This document shows, piece by piece, positions 13,390 to 26,821 of a DNA stretch of 64,000 nucleotides. Within the stretch, counting starts at the first letter, position 1; each line of letters opens with the position of its first letter. The notes under the pieces were generated by a model. That model made no database searches, was not told the origin of the DNA, and saw only the letters and a list, made by a program, of their open reading frames with translations. The position numbers were made by a program, and so were the translations under genes. The stretch is from Eledone cirrhosa (Eukaryota): NCBI GenBank assembly GCA_964016885.1, contig OZ024745.1, forward strand, positions 63,674,001-63,738,000, read 5' to 3'.

Positions 13390-16029
13390 ATTTGTTTTCC
13401 CTCTAACATAGCAGATACATAAATGCATTCTTGAGTTTTATATCGAAAATAATAATATTATAAAAATATTATTAATATTCGATTCCTTTGCAAGCCTCAT
13501 AATGCCATTTGTTTTAAACGACTATCTTCATTCTTTTGTTCTAGTGATAGCATAGAGAAATAATTAGTAATTGTCTCGGGGTTATTGCCCCTTGTCAAGA
13601 TTGTGTACCTCCTTTTCTGCTACACACTAGAACTCATGAGAATATATAGCCTAATTTGCATACCGAGCGAGTTTTGAATTGGAAACTGCAATATATTCAT
13701 CGAACAGGTCCCTATACCTAAAAGCTTGAACGAATCCCTTGTTAACCCGTGCAAAGGACGATGCGGCATGGCTTTTCTTTGTTTTCTTCATCATATTACA
13801 GTTTCAGTTCCACTGGTCTTATTTACGCCAGTCACCAATCTGGTACTATGTTATCTAAATTATAATAAAGTAAGACGCGCTGGACTGAGTACGGTTTATA
13901 ATTTCTTTATCCCCTTAGTAAAATAAGTTGGATTACTTTGAATAAATAATGAATGAATATTACATAATTTATCTACTAAATTTCGTAGCTGTTCATTAAA
14001 TATATTTTATTTCTTATTTAAAGATTCACTTCATTAAAATTTTCAAATGTCAACACTTTTGGTTAGCGATCGTTTAAATAAATATATATTTATGTCACTA
14101 ATTTTCTCCTAATGCAGTTTATATGCAATATCATCTTTTTTTAATGTATCATGGATTACGTTACTGATTACATAAGAGAGTGTAACACAATCTTCGTTCA
14201 ATTTCTGTGTATATTGTCAATTACGATTTTATTTGATGTATCATATCTACATGCATATATACTTGGGTATAATATCAATATACACACTACACATACCAGC
14301 AGAGAAACACCCATCAAGGTGTGGTTTTCTGCTAGTTCACATAATGAATTAACCAACGATTTCATTGTATTAAGTTCTCCATTTAAGGGATTGCTTTCTT
14401 ATTTGTTTATCGTTCTTAATCAACTATGTTGGTGAGCATCTCCTTTATCTGTGGATCCTTTGGCAATTGTCGACCCTACTCCTTGAGGTCAGTTACAGAC
14501 ATGGTTTATATATAATCGGTACCTATTTATGCAGGGCTTTCTGTCATCTCTGAGTGATGTTTTCTCCATATAACCAATCAAAACCCAACCGTGTATCAAA
14601 TTCAGAGGTGACTTGAAATATTTCCACTTTTGAAGAATTGCTGCTGCATTACTGCAAACTTGTCTTCGATTGACGTAGTGCAGCTTTGATTATGTTGTAG
14701 TAGCTGAAATTCTCCTTTGGGCCTAAAGCAAATCTGACATACTCATTAAATATTCAACATATCTTCAATTCCTGTAAAATGTGAATTCAATATGATTTCT
14801 ATATAGGTTAATTCTATCTCACCAGGACATTAAAATGATCTTCCAACAGCAGGGAATTTAAATGCGTATAGTATATAGTGTTGACTGTTTGTTGTTCCTG
14901 TTTTCCACCAAACAGGAGAGTGGAAACACAGGCTACCAGAGAAATGAGGGTTTTGTTATGGAAAATATGATGATAGAATCATACACGTTCTGATACTTCT
15001 AACGACTAGTGACTTTCCTATCCGACTTAGAACCATATCATTCAATGTGTTGATACTATGGTGCGAAGCTTTCATGTAAGAGAAAGTGTGACTTGCAGCT
15101 GTGATTATAGGAAAATAGAGACGAAGGCTTCTGGCACGGAGTATCTCTGAGATACATATATTAGGGGTTTAATTGTAAATATAATAAATGTAAGCAAATT
15201 GTATACAACATTTCGATATAGAATAACAATGGACTAATACTTATAGTATTGCACCCTGTTACAGCGGATACTGACTAATTTTTCAAACGTACAATTGAAG
15301 ATTATACATGTCAGCCAGATACATATTCAATATATATGGATGTAACTTCACCTTATGTTTAAGCATTTTGCATCACAATCAATATATTCTAAGTTACATT
15401 GGTATCCTGGCCAATGTACTTTAGAATTCAAAGTGACAGCAGTATTAAACTCTGTGTTGCATGTATCGCCCCCAAAACTATGTTAAACTTACACACAACT
15501 GCCGAACAATCATCCACTTACACTTTGATTTAATTGGTATTTTAATTAATAATTTAATTTAGTTAATGCATTGAACACTCTTCGTCGAAAGCTACGGAGA
15601 TCCATAGACATCAACTGTAAAGTAATACTGATGTTTTGTGGCACATTAAATGAAAAACAATATGCTAATTAATCTTTCGCGCGTTGCTGTCTAACATTCT
15701 GTTGAAACATACCGGGGGTACTTATGATATTTAATGTATAGTTGATGAAAAGCCATGTTAATGGATGGTTCATTAAGTATAAGTTGATGGGATATTAATA
15801 TTACTTTGAAAGTTTCATGATTTTTTAAATATAGTATAAAGAAGAAAAAAAAACTTTTCATCTTCTCGGGGTTTTTGGGTTCATTCAACAACCAATTTTA
15901 TGTGTGCAATTAATAAAAGCACAAGTAAAGGAATTGTGTTACTGGGTTAAATTTGTGATGATGTTCACAACACTTAAAAAAGTATAAACTTATATAAGCT
16001 GCATTACAGGGTTTTAATAATCATTATTA

Positions 16030-16200
16030 AAGTAGAGGGTTGTACGCACTGCTTTCTAGCATAGTTGCGTCCCTTTACGGTTTGAGTTCAAATCCCGTCG
16101 AGGTTAACTTTGCCTTTCATCCATACGTGGTCGATAAAATAAAGTACCAGTAATGTACTGGGTAATTGCTGGCCTTGTGCCTAAAGTAGAAACAATTATT
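16030..16200 (+). mobile_element. tRNA-derived SINE copy
   Basis: B box gagttcaaatcc and TSD ttattaaagt on both sides. Confidence 0.85.
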
Positions 16201-17899
16201 AAAGTCTTACAAAACACATGGATTGATAAGAGTATCCAATTATTGTTATGCTGAAAGAGAAGTACGAAAGTACGTAATGGTAAATATTTAGCGAGAAAAC
16301 AGTATTGTAATTCATTAACTATGGACAATGTCTGAAACAATCAACATGAACCAATTTAACTGAAAGTAGTAATTCATGATAGGATTATGCATAATATACA
16401 TACAGGAGTCTAGCTATGAATCTTTTTCAGCAATGAACATGCCACAGATATCTGAATAGCTGGTGAGAATATCCAACAGTTAATTTGAAATTGTTATTCG
16501 TAACTGGTGGAAATTCCTGACAAGAATGAGATAATATGCATATGCTATTTTTCGTATGAAAAGTAAGCTGAATATCCACATTTGCATATAGTGCAAAGTT
16601 GACCGGCTGGGGATATTACTAATCTGAAAGTTATGTTTACTTAGAGATCCTTTTATTTCAAGTTGTGAGTTTATTCAGTAGTTGCATTTAAATACAGTAG
16701 GTAATTTTCTGTTTTTCATTTGTGTCTAATTCATCAAATAAAGCAATATGCTTTATATTGTAGGCAAGTAGTCCTGTGCTTAGTACTCGAATTTTACTAC
16801 ATCATGATGCTTATACAGAAGTTTCCACTCCCAAGCTCCGCTTATGTCTGCAGTTGTTTTTGTGACTGCCGTTACTAATTTGAAAATGTCACATAGAATT
16901 TGTGGAAATCTGCATTCGTCGACGAGGAAATCTCTGGGGCGATGAATTTTCTCCAGCTTTAATGTTCGAAAGAGATTTCCGATATTTGTTCCAAATCGCA
17001 GTGACACGCATCTGCCTGATAATAAACACATATTATGCGCTTCACAACAGTCTTTATTTGAAGTGAGTTGTTCTTGTTTGGGCATGCAGTATCAGAACCT
17101 ATTGTACGGGACAACATTCAGATCTGATGCTTTCTTCCTAAAACACATATGATATATACAAAGAGACAGAAGATGTATCAATCACTTGAAAAGAGTATAG
17201 GTGCTATTCAAGCGTTATCATTAATCTGAAGGGCTCGACCTTTACTTTCGTAATAAAATTCATATAAGCACTGAATGAATGGAAAACAGTCAGAGTATAT
17301 CCAACTTCAAAGCCGACTACAGAGAGACTTTACGTACTAATTCTATAAACAGGATTGTTCTAGAAGAATATTTCTTTGTCCATCACATGTTCATAAGGAG
17401 TACATCTTTGTCCAGAGTTTTCATAGACATATCTAAAGAAAATTATAAGGATTTCGGTGGTGTCTTCCGGGGAAGATGCTTCTTGACATATTCAGCATAC
17501 AAAAATAATCGAATGTCCGCGTTTTCATGAATGGAAAATAGTCCCGCTATACATATTGACCGTAACCCCTATATAGTCCACTGAACAAGCATTGCTTTAT
17601 TTCCAACAGGTCTTCTTTACCTTTCATCATTCCGAAGTTGAAGTCTAGTACAGGAGTGGATTCCTCCCCTATTTCTCTTTCTCATTTCCTTTCTGACTGT
17701 CACTCATTTCTTTGGAAGAAATCATGAATATTTTTGCATACATAAATACATACATACATGCATACATACATGCATGCATACATACGTACATGCATACATA
17801 CAAACATACATACAAACATACATACACCCATTAATACATACATTCATGCATACATTCATGCATGCATACATGCATACATACGTACATACATACATACAT

Positions 17900-19320
17900 A
17901 ACAGTGGCTCACAATGTGTTTGCTGTGCCTGTCCTAACACCAACGTTTGGAATACTCAATTGGACGATAGACGAAATCCGAGCAGTTGATGTCGGAACTC
18001 GAAAAATACTAAACAACACCGGAGACTTCCACATCAACAGTGACACAGACCGCCTTTACTTGAAACGTAAGCAGGGAGGCAGAGGCCTAACATCAGTCCA
18101 GACAACATTTGAATGTCGCATCATATCTCTCCGACTACATATACGAATCTCGAAGCGTAGGAGCCCGTTTCTCGAGCAAGTCTATCTGTATGAAACAGAA
18201 AGATCATGAGAGTTGGGAAGGAACTCCACGAGAGATATTCCTTGTGTGATAATCAAAAACTCACACCCAGGGATCTCGCTCAGCAGTATAGCAGTGAATC
18301 CATGGATGAAAAAGTGCATACTTATCAGCAAAAATCATGCATGGATGTGTTGCCAGGAAGCTCCAACTTGAGAGTAATATAGATAAGGAAAGTAGTCTAT
18401 CTTGGACAAACAACCGCTATATTGGCTCCAACTTTGAAGGATACGCTTTTGCAATCCAAGAACAGGAGATTAACACGAAATACCTGATTCACAAAAGAGA
18501 TAGGGATGCAGGCAAAACACCTAGATGTGATAACAAGTCATCAGCAGCTGTCCAAAGATGTCATCGCGGTACTATCTACCTATGAGGCATGATGTAGTGG
18601 CCAAAACACTGTACAATGCAGTTCGTAAAAAAGATAGCCCCGGTAATAAACACATTAAAAGCTACAGCAATGTGGAAGACATCCATGTCCATAATATGAA
18701 AGAGTACTGGTAGAATGTTCCAGTAAAACCCCCAATAAAATGCAGGCATAACAGACCAGATATTATGATATGGGACAGGGAGAAGAAAGCATGCACAGTA
18801 GTGGAAATTAGCTGCCCAGCAGATGCCAATATAATATCAAGAATTAGTGAAAAGGAGAATATTTATGCAGAACTGATGAGAAATCTGAAGATACTCCACC
18901 CTGATTACACCTTCAGATTTATGCCTGTGATTATTGGGGCACTGGAGTATGTTAGTAACTGCCTCAATACAAATCTTGAGAAACTAGGCTTCACAGGAAC
19001 TGAAAGAACACAACTAGTTAGGAAATTACAAGTACAATCCATTAATGGAACATTAAAAATATGTAAAACATTCCAAAAATGTTGCATTTAATTACTGCAT
19101 ATACATGAGTACAGATGCAAAGCATATACACATGCACACATACAACTCAAAACATATACATCCACACATACAATAACATCTATATCTACACATGCATGCA
19201 TACATACATATCTACCTAGTTGATATTGTGTAAATTCCAATGAGAGAGTCTTGTGTCTATGTTAGAAACCGACTCTCTCTCTATTGGTAAAACTTTGTGA
19301 AATTATAAAACCAGAAGAAC
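17900..19320 (+). mobile_element. R4/Dong-like (RLE-type) non-LTR retrotransposon, 5'-truncated and degenerate
   Basis: AHNVFAVPVLTPTFGILNW; HINSDTDRLYLKRKQGGRGL; AIQEQEINT; RHDVVAK; RPDIMIWD..VVEISCP (PD-(D/E)xK endonuclease); PVIIGAL. It has stops and frameshifts and the CCHC finger is partly deleted. Flanked by (CATA)n. Confidence 0.9.
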
Positions 19321-19397
19321 ATACATACATACATACATACATACATACATACATACATACATACATACATACATACATACATACATACATACATACA

Positions 19398-19800
19398 TGG
19401 TGGCTGCCAACTCGTTTTTGAGTACGGCCACTACTTTATATCCATGTAGGAGAACCCCTACTGATGCGCTGAGCGAGTGTGACTTTTTAGTCCAGCCAGC
19501 GACTTGAAAACTCTGGTACAAACACTACACATGTGACAATTACTGACACATAGTTCTGGGCCCATTGTACCCTGTGATCACAAGTGCAGAGAGATCTCCA
19601 GATATAAAGCAATGCCTGTGCCGTGAAGCTTGTATAGTGAGTAAAGGCACTGCACAAAGCCAGTCCCACTCTCTTAACCAAGATGATATTTACCAAAAAG
19701 AAGAACAAGTCAACATCATTGGATACCATTAGGGTTGCAGGTGCTATATCAGAGTTTTCCTTCTCCTAGAATTCTGCCTTGACAAAGGCTAAGGGGTTAT
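19398..19800. mobile_element. Unclassified interspersed repeat, truncated copy of 56674-57282
   Basis: About 400 bp closely similar to 56674-57072, inside (CATA)n. Confidence 0.8.
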
Positions 19801-20365
19801 CTATGTATACATACATACATACATACATACATACATACATACATACATACATACATACATACATACATACATACATACATAATGTTTGAGAGCATTGAAA
19901 TAATTTATAAATGTTTGTTTCATTTTTATATTGAATTCTTTATCATGCAATATCTTAATGCTTACTTATACAGAAGCAAAAGACCAGTTCATGACCAAAT
20001 TCCTTCTCATACAATGTGACCTATTAGCGAATCCAGTGCAACAGTGATTGAAATGACATGGTTATATCAAGTTTTTGACTTTGCTTGTGTAAACAAACTA
20101 TGTTCAAGATCAGTAAGAGATTTCCTATTTTAGGCATAAAGTTTATGCTATTATAGCTAGAAGGAGAGGCAATTTTGCCCGTTTCCTTATTTTGCTGATG
20201 TCAAAAAAGTGCCGATAATATATGTAATATGTAATGTAATATTATCTACAACTGCCAATCTGTCAAATCAAGGCCTGCGAGGTAATGAAGTCGTTGTAAA
20301 ATGTTTTCATTGACACCTATTACTTCTAAACCTCTCTCTTCCTCTTTCTTTCTTTCCCTTTCACG

Positions 20366-20423
<58 letters not shown>

Positions 20424-20470
20424 ACGATAAATATATATATATATACCACGATAAATATATACATATATAG

Positions 20471-20599
20471 CACGATAAATTAACGGAGCCATAGACACTA
20501 GTTATTCCCTGTAGGTAATGTGCTCAAAGGAAAATGAATCCTGAGCTCTTTAAAATACAATATGTTGAAAGGGTAACACACTAGAGGGAGGGAGGGAGA

Positions 20600-20673
<74 letters not shown>

Positions 20674-21155
20674 GTGTGATATCAATAAAACAGGGAAAAC
20701 CACCAGTGTATTGAATCTATAACCTATGGAAGGCTGAGTAGACACACAATAATTAAAAATATAAATTAAAATGTATATACGCACCTCTATAACTATATAA
20801 CACGCGCGTACAAATCCAAAGAGATCTGTTTCGCCAGGAAGTTGTTGACTGAAATGGAATAGCCTGTGGGTCATATCGCGTACAATATACATTCCAGACA
20901 ACTCTAAGAGAATCTAAGACGACCGTCCAGCAACACGCGGCAGAGAGATGTGACAGCGTGCGTAGGGCAGTGAACCAGTGGTATCTTAGGGACGAGCTGC
21001 TAGAAAAGGCACCCCAAAAACCACTCAAAGAAATGTGCTCAACCAAACAGAGAGAGAGGAAAGACTGTTTTAAGGAGCGAAATATCACGATAAATTAACG
21101 GAGCCCTAGACTCACGTTATTCCCTGTAAGTAATGTGCTCAAAGGAAAATGAATC
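20471..21155. mobile_element. ~615-bp unit with 70-bp terminal direct repeat
   Basis: cacgataaattaacggagcc..ttattccctgta..gtgctcaaaggaaaatgaatc at 20471-20540 and 21086-21155, with an internal (GA)n tract. Confidence 0.7.
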
Positions 21156-21158
21156 GTA

Positions 21159-21358
21159 TAACCTGATTAGTTCTTTCGTTACTTTGTTATTGTATGGTTG
21201 GGTTTTGCCTACCGCAATTTTCAATTTGTCAAGCTATTGAAACATTTGTTATTACTCTAAGGACGTACCTTTATTGAGTACTTTGCTACACATTCCTTAC
21301 TGTAGGTCGACTTTGCTTGGCCACATCCAAAACTTCGATTTTACTAAGCTTCCATGTG

Positions 21359-21360
<2 letters not shown>
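21159..21360 (+). mobile_element. Family B interspersed repeat
   Basis: Homologous to 5412-5605 and ends in (TA)n. Confidence 0.75.
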
Positions 21361-21407
<47 letters not shown>

Positions 21408-21410
<3 letters not shown>

Positions 21411-21567
21411 AAAATGTATGACCCCGACGGCAGAGCTCAAGCCGTCGAAACGGGTTGAGCTCTGCCGTCGAGGTCATACATTTTCTTATTACCCACTCTA
21501 CTAACCTAAGTATTGAGTACTCTGGTGCGTTATGGTCCATCTGGTTCCTTACCACATCTCCTTCGTT
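21408..21567 (+). mobile_element. Family A fold-back copy
   Basis: gacggcagagctcaa-gccgtcgaaacggg-ttgagctctgccgtc, with (TA)n flanks. Confidence 0.85.
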
Positions 21568-21588
21568 ATATATATATATAAATATATA

Positions 21589-21637
<49 letters not shown>

Positions 21638-21714
21638 GTATATATATATATGTGTGTGTGTATATATTTGCGTGTGTTTGTGTCTGTCTGCGTGTATGTG
21701 TGTGTACACGCTGA

Positions 21715-21865
21715 TTTACTGCAATGTTTTCGCCTACCAAATTTCACTCGAATGGTATCGTCGACCTGAAACTATAGTAAAGGACACTGACACTTGCCCA
21801 GGTTTCCAGCCGTGGTGCTCAACTCGAAACCATGTGTTTTCGAAGTGAACTCTTTATTCACATAA

Positions 21866-21870
<5 letters not shown>
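21715..21870 (-). mobile_element. Second SINE family, degenerate
   Basis: Minus strand reads ...catggtttcgagttgagcaccac..ctgggcaagtgtc..tactatag..gagtgaaatttggtaggcgaaaac. Related fragments lie near 2500-2560 and 51485-51580. Confidence 0.55.
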
Positions 21871-21910
<40 letters not shown>

Positions 21911-21912
<2 letters not shown>

Positions 21913-22560
21913 AATAAAGATTCAGCGAGAATCGCATTTCGGCGGGCAGGAAAAGCGAAACGAAAGGCAAAAATCAGAAATGATACTGGCAAAGTGCTCA
22001 ATAGTTAAAAACCAGAGCTAAACAATGTGTTAAGAAGCGATACAAAACTGAAAAGGTGGTCAAGAAGGCATTAACCACCCAAGCCCCAAACCAAATCAAG
22101 CTAAACAGGTCAAAACAAAATAAAGGATAAAAAATAAATGATAACCAGACCTGGATTCCCGGAATTGCTGTTAAAATCCGATGTAGAATTTCTGTGACAC
22201 CTAAATCAAAATACAGTCTGCTTAAAAATATAAGCTTAGGGTATAACGATCGATCAAGGAATATCACGTTATCAACAGGCATTTTGCTCTGTACTAAATA
22301 AGTGAATGACACGGTGGTAAGTTAAACCACGTGTGGAAATCACAAGGGGAATAACCCCAGATTTTGGCAATGTAATTCAGTTAGTGTAAATCATGCGAAA
22401 AATAGCATAAATACCACAAATAGAATAAGTTCTCAACCGAGTAGTTTTAAAATAAACTTATACAATTAACCTGTCAATAGAAATTATTAACAAGTTCATT
22501 GTAAGACACGGGAGATTAATACAAATAAAGATTCAGCGAGAATCGTATTTCGGCGGGCAG
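21911..22560 (-). mobile_element. ~611-bp unit with ~39-bp terminal direct repeat
   Basis: caaataaagattcagcgagaatcg.atttcggcgggcag at 21911 and 22522, abutting (TA)n. Confidence 0.7.
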
Positions 22561-22628
22561 ATCCCATCATCCGTATGGTTTTATGCTAGCACACTCGCAC
22601 ACGCACGCACACACGCACACACACGCGC

Positions 22629-22659
<31 letters not shown>

Positions 22660-22702
22660 TGTGCGAGTGTGCTAGCTTAAAACCATACGGATGATGGGAT
22701 CT
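22559..22702. repeat. ~144-bp palindrome centred on (CG)n between (CA)n and (TG)n
   Basis: agatcccatcatccgtatggtttta.gctagcacactcgcac ... gtgcgagtgtgctagc.taaaaccatacggatgatgggatct. Confidence 0.9.
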
Positions 22703-23015
22703 ATGAGTTGAGAATTTGCAATTATTTACTTTTATTCTTTGTTAACTCTATCTGATAAGAGATAGATAGATAGTAGGGACAAAAAAAGAGACATAGAGTA
22801 AGCGGGGAAAGAGAAAGAAAATGTCTTTTCTACACATAACATATAGTTTACAATCTACATAAAGGAAATGAGTGTTCCTTCAGTTAATGTTGAATTGTTG
22901 TATATATTATGTTATGTTAAACAGCTGTTCTAATATATAAATGCACACACACGCATATACATAATTACAAATATACATACACACACACATATATATATGT
23001 GTGTGTATATATATG

Positions 23016-23046
<31 letters not shown>

Positions 23047-23051
23047 CTATG

Positions 23052-23087
<36 letters not shown>

Positions 23088-23289
23088 CATTTATTTAGGT
23101 TTGTTGGTTCACCACTGGATAGAATTGGTCATTCCGTATGGTCAATCTTCATGTAATATTGTGGAGAGTACTCACCGTAGTGCAGTTCACCCGTCTTCGT
23201 TTGTGTAGTTGGTGGTGCTAATACGGAGTTAATTATTATAAATAAAATAACAGGAGGCTGGACTGGTGTAAATACTTGAAAAGTTTATT

Positions 23290-23347
23290 ATACTATGATC
23301 ATTTCAATGACCGGGTTCCGTATGAATCCGGTGATATCATCAGGTAT
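23290..23347 (-). ncRNA. Minimal type-I hammerhead ribozyme motif
   Basis: atac CTGATGA tatcaccgg..ccggtcatt GAAA tgatca TA gtat, with palindromic stem III ATGATCAT. Confidence 0.7.
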
Positions 23348-24405
23348 TCAAAATATAACAAAGGAATATATAAAATCCATGGGTCCGAAAATCAGAGACA
23401 GAGAGGACGACTGACCAACTAGCTGCCTTCACCTCGGTCAGTCGCCCTCAAGTGATGGCAACTCGGTCTACTAATGACCATCTGATGAGGGGGCGAAAGC
23501 TTATAATGTACTACCACCTCTCCGTCAGAGAATAAAAAAAAAAAGAAAGAAAGAAGAAAAATCAGCGTAAGGTTCACACTACAGTCATGCTAGAGGACGC
23601 CGCGAAAAATGTTATTCTAGAGAACCCATATTTTAACAAAGGCATATATATGGGTGTCTGTATGGTCTAATGTGTGAACAGAAAATTGGAACGTTAACTT
23701 ATGTTAAGAGTTATAGGATGAAATTAAATTATTAGAAAATTAATAGAAAATTAAATGTTTGTGTTGCGAGATTTATTTAATGAAATTACAGAGAGAGTCT
23801 TATATGAAAAAGTTTAAAGGAAATCTCGATAAGTTATCAAGGTGGGATAGAGTAAAGATAAAAGCCTTCGATTGTAAATCCCAGCCAGCACCTCCTAACT
23901 ACGTGTCAGCCAGTTTCGAGTGGTATCGTCTAGCGAAATAAATGGAAATTAATTTTTCCGAGTACTCTAGGAACGTAACTATGATAGGCTTCGGGTGTGT
24001 TAGCGGGAAGTCAACCAGCTTCTACAGGCCATCGTCTATACCCAAACGAATACTATTAATTCACACAGGAGGGGTTTATTTACGTGCCAGCAGAGGGAGG
24101 CTTGATACAGCTACGGTTATGCCTAAGCCTAGAGTTTATAGGTATGAGTATAATGTGGCGGTCAAAACAGGCGGTGCGGCGGGCCCCGGCGCTGACTTTT
24201 CTTCTTTCTTTCTTTTTTTATTCTCTGACGGAGAGGTGGTAGTACATTATAAGCCTTAGCCCCCTCACCAGATGGTCATTAGTAGACCGAGTTGCCATCA
24301 CTTGAGGGCTACTGACCGAGGTGAAAGCAGCTAGTTGGTCAGTCGTCTTCACTATCTCTGATTTTCGGACCCATGGATTTTATATATTCCTTTGTTATAT
24401 TTTGA

Positions 24406-24463
24406 ATACCTGATGATATCACTGGATTCATACGGAACCCGGTCATTGAAATGATCATAGAAT
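24406..24463 (+). ncRNA. Hammerhead ribozyme motif (one stem I mismatch)
   Basis: Same motif as 26433-26490. The 3' strand of stem I reads gaat instead of gtat. Confidence 0.6.
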
Positions 24464-26432
24464 AATAAACTTTTCAAGGATTTACACCAGTCCAGCCTCC
24501 TGTTATTTTATTTATAATAATTAACTCCGAATTAGCACCACCAACTACACAAACGAAGACGGGTAAACTGTACCACGTGGAGTACTCTCCACAATATTAC
24601 ATCAAGATTGACCATACGGAAGGACCAATTCTATCCAGTGGTGAACCAACAAACCTAAATAAATAATGCTCCAATAATGTTGAGCACTTCCAGATGTAAT
24701 ATTGAACAGCGGCACTGACTTCAGTGTACAGCTATTGCCAGCATGGGATTAACTGATCTACTTACCATTCGGATATTGGCTGCTCTGTGCTTTATCTACC
24801 GCCCACCCTATCCAATGCTGCTTCCTTGTCGGGAATATTCGGATTTCGACAAAATTCTACGTATTATACTTAAGCATGTATTGTATTGACTGAATTCTCT
24901 ACTCTATACCACAGGACTTTTTTGTGACTCACACTGAATTCGGAGACCCGAACTTTACACTAGGTACCACCTGATACCATTCCATCTCTTCCATCCTCTA
25001 TATCTATATGTACAACCTTCTATTATCTTACTGCAACTTGATCTATTTTGTATTTCGCCCTTTGCTTTGATTCCTCCGATATGTTCTTATATATTTCCGT
25101 CTTACTACATCACTACCCTAGCTATGACGGCGTTTTATTTATGTATTTTACTTTTTACTTTTTACCTTATTAATTTTTATTATATTACTTTTATTATATT
25201 ACTTTTATTATATTATTTTTATTATATTACTTTTATTAATGTATTTTTTTTTTTTTTTTCATTTATTATTTTGTATCTTTATCTTTGTATTTTTATCTTT
25301 GTATGCTGCTTTTATTTGCGATTTTCTGCTTATTATTCCTTACTCAGGTCTTTATGCACCTTTCATAGCTCCCTACCCACCAAAGAACCACACTACTTAT
25401 AACCTGGACTAACTGGGACTTAAAAATAATTATAGTCTATTTTCATTGGGTTTTACCACTTTCGACTGATGTGGTGGATTTCCCGGCTGCGCGCCGGGCG
25501 CTCGGTGAGTTCAGCCTTCCTTGAGTGCTTGGAAAAATAAAATTCCCCTCTTTCGGTAAACGAAATTACTCGGAGCTGGTCGATTTACACCGGGACCCGC
25601 CGTGCCGCCTGTTTTGACCGCCACATTATACTCATACCTATAAACTCTAGGTTTAGGCATAACTGTTAGCTGTATCATGCCTCCCTCTGCTGTCGCGTAA
25701 ATACCCCCCCCCCCTGTGTTAATTAATATTATTCGTTTGGTATAGACGATGGCCTGTAGAAGCTGGTAGTCTTCCCGCTTGCACACCCGAAGCCTATCAC
25801 AGTTACGTTCCTAGAGTACTCGGAAACATTAATTTCCATTTATTTTGCTAGACGATACCACTCGAAATAGGCTGATACGTGGTTAGGAGGTGCTGGCTAG
25901 GATTTACGATCGAAGGCTTCTATCTTTACTCTACATCCCACCTTGATAACTTATCGAGATTTCCTATAAACTTTTTCATATAAGACTCTCTCTGTAATTT
26001 CATTAAATAAATCTCGCAACACAAACCTTTAATTTTCTATTAATTTTCTAATAATTTAATTTCATCCTATAACTCTTAACGTAAGTTAACGTTCCAATTT
26101 TCTGTTCTCACATTAGACCATACAGACACCCATATATATGCATTTGTTAAAATATGGGTTTTTGGAATAACATTTTTCGCGGCGTCTTCTAGCATGACTG
26201 TAGTGTGACCCTTACGCTGACTTTTCTTCTGTCTTTCATTTTTTTTATTCTCTGACTGAGAGGTAGTAGTACATTATAAGCCTTCGTCCCCTCACCAGAT
26301 GGTCATTAGTAGACCGAGTTGCCATCACTTGAGGGCGACTGACCGAGGTGAAGGCAGCTAGTTGGTCAGTCGTCCTCTCTGTCTCTGATTTTCGGACCCA
26401 TGGATTTTATATATTACTTTGTTATATTTCGA

Positions 26433-26490
26433 ATACCTGATGATATCACCGGATTCATACGGAACCCGGTCATTGAAATGATCATAGTAT
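26433..26490 (+). ncRNA. Minimal type-I hammerhead ribozyme motif
   Basis: atac CTGATGA t-atc-accgg attcatacggaac ccggt-cat-t GAAA tgatca TA gtat. Confidence 0.7.
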
Positions 26491-26557
26491 AAACTTTTCA
26501 AGGATTTACACCAGTCCAGCCTCCTGTTATTTTATTTATAATATATATATATACATT

Positions 26558-26596
<39 letters not shown>

Positions 26597-26785
26597 TGAG
26601 CGAGAGAGGGAGAGAGAGAGAGAGAAGGAGAGAGAGGGTGAGAGAGAGAGTCTGTGGTGCTGAGACCACTAATCAGGGAGTCCTCAAAGCATGGAGAGAT
26701 GCAAAGTGGGTATAAAAATATGTAAAACCCCGTCCGCGGCGCCAAGCGGTCAGGGTGTTACATCGCTCTCTCTCTCTTTCTCTCC

Positions 26786-26821
<36 letters not shown>

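Larger units (their letters stand above)
23089..26542. mobile_element. Non-coding HHR-bearing PLE/retrozyme-like element: 1.1-kb inverted arm plus ~1.16 units of a ~2.03-kb repeat
   Basis: 24190-24520 recurs at 26215-26542. 23089-24189 is the reverse complement of 25590-26542 continued by 24520-24664. Both outer ends lie in (TA)n. Confidence 0.85.

Noticed and set aside
13802-13869. Short splice-bounded open segment
   Set aside because: It is isolated and short, and chance occurrence is likely in AT-rich DNA.
22044-22085. CTGAAAA ggtggt..accacc hairpin
   Set aside because: C3-A8 mismatch and no GAAA after the stem.
23478-23518. CTGATGAgggggcGAAAgctta hammerhead-like string
   Set aside because: No stem II, and the two other copies read CTGGTGA with an altered GAAA.
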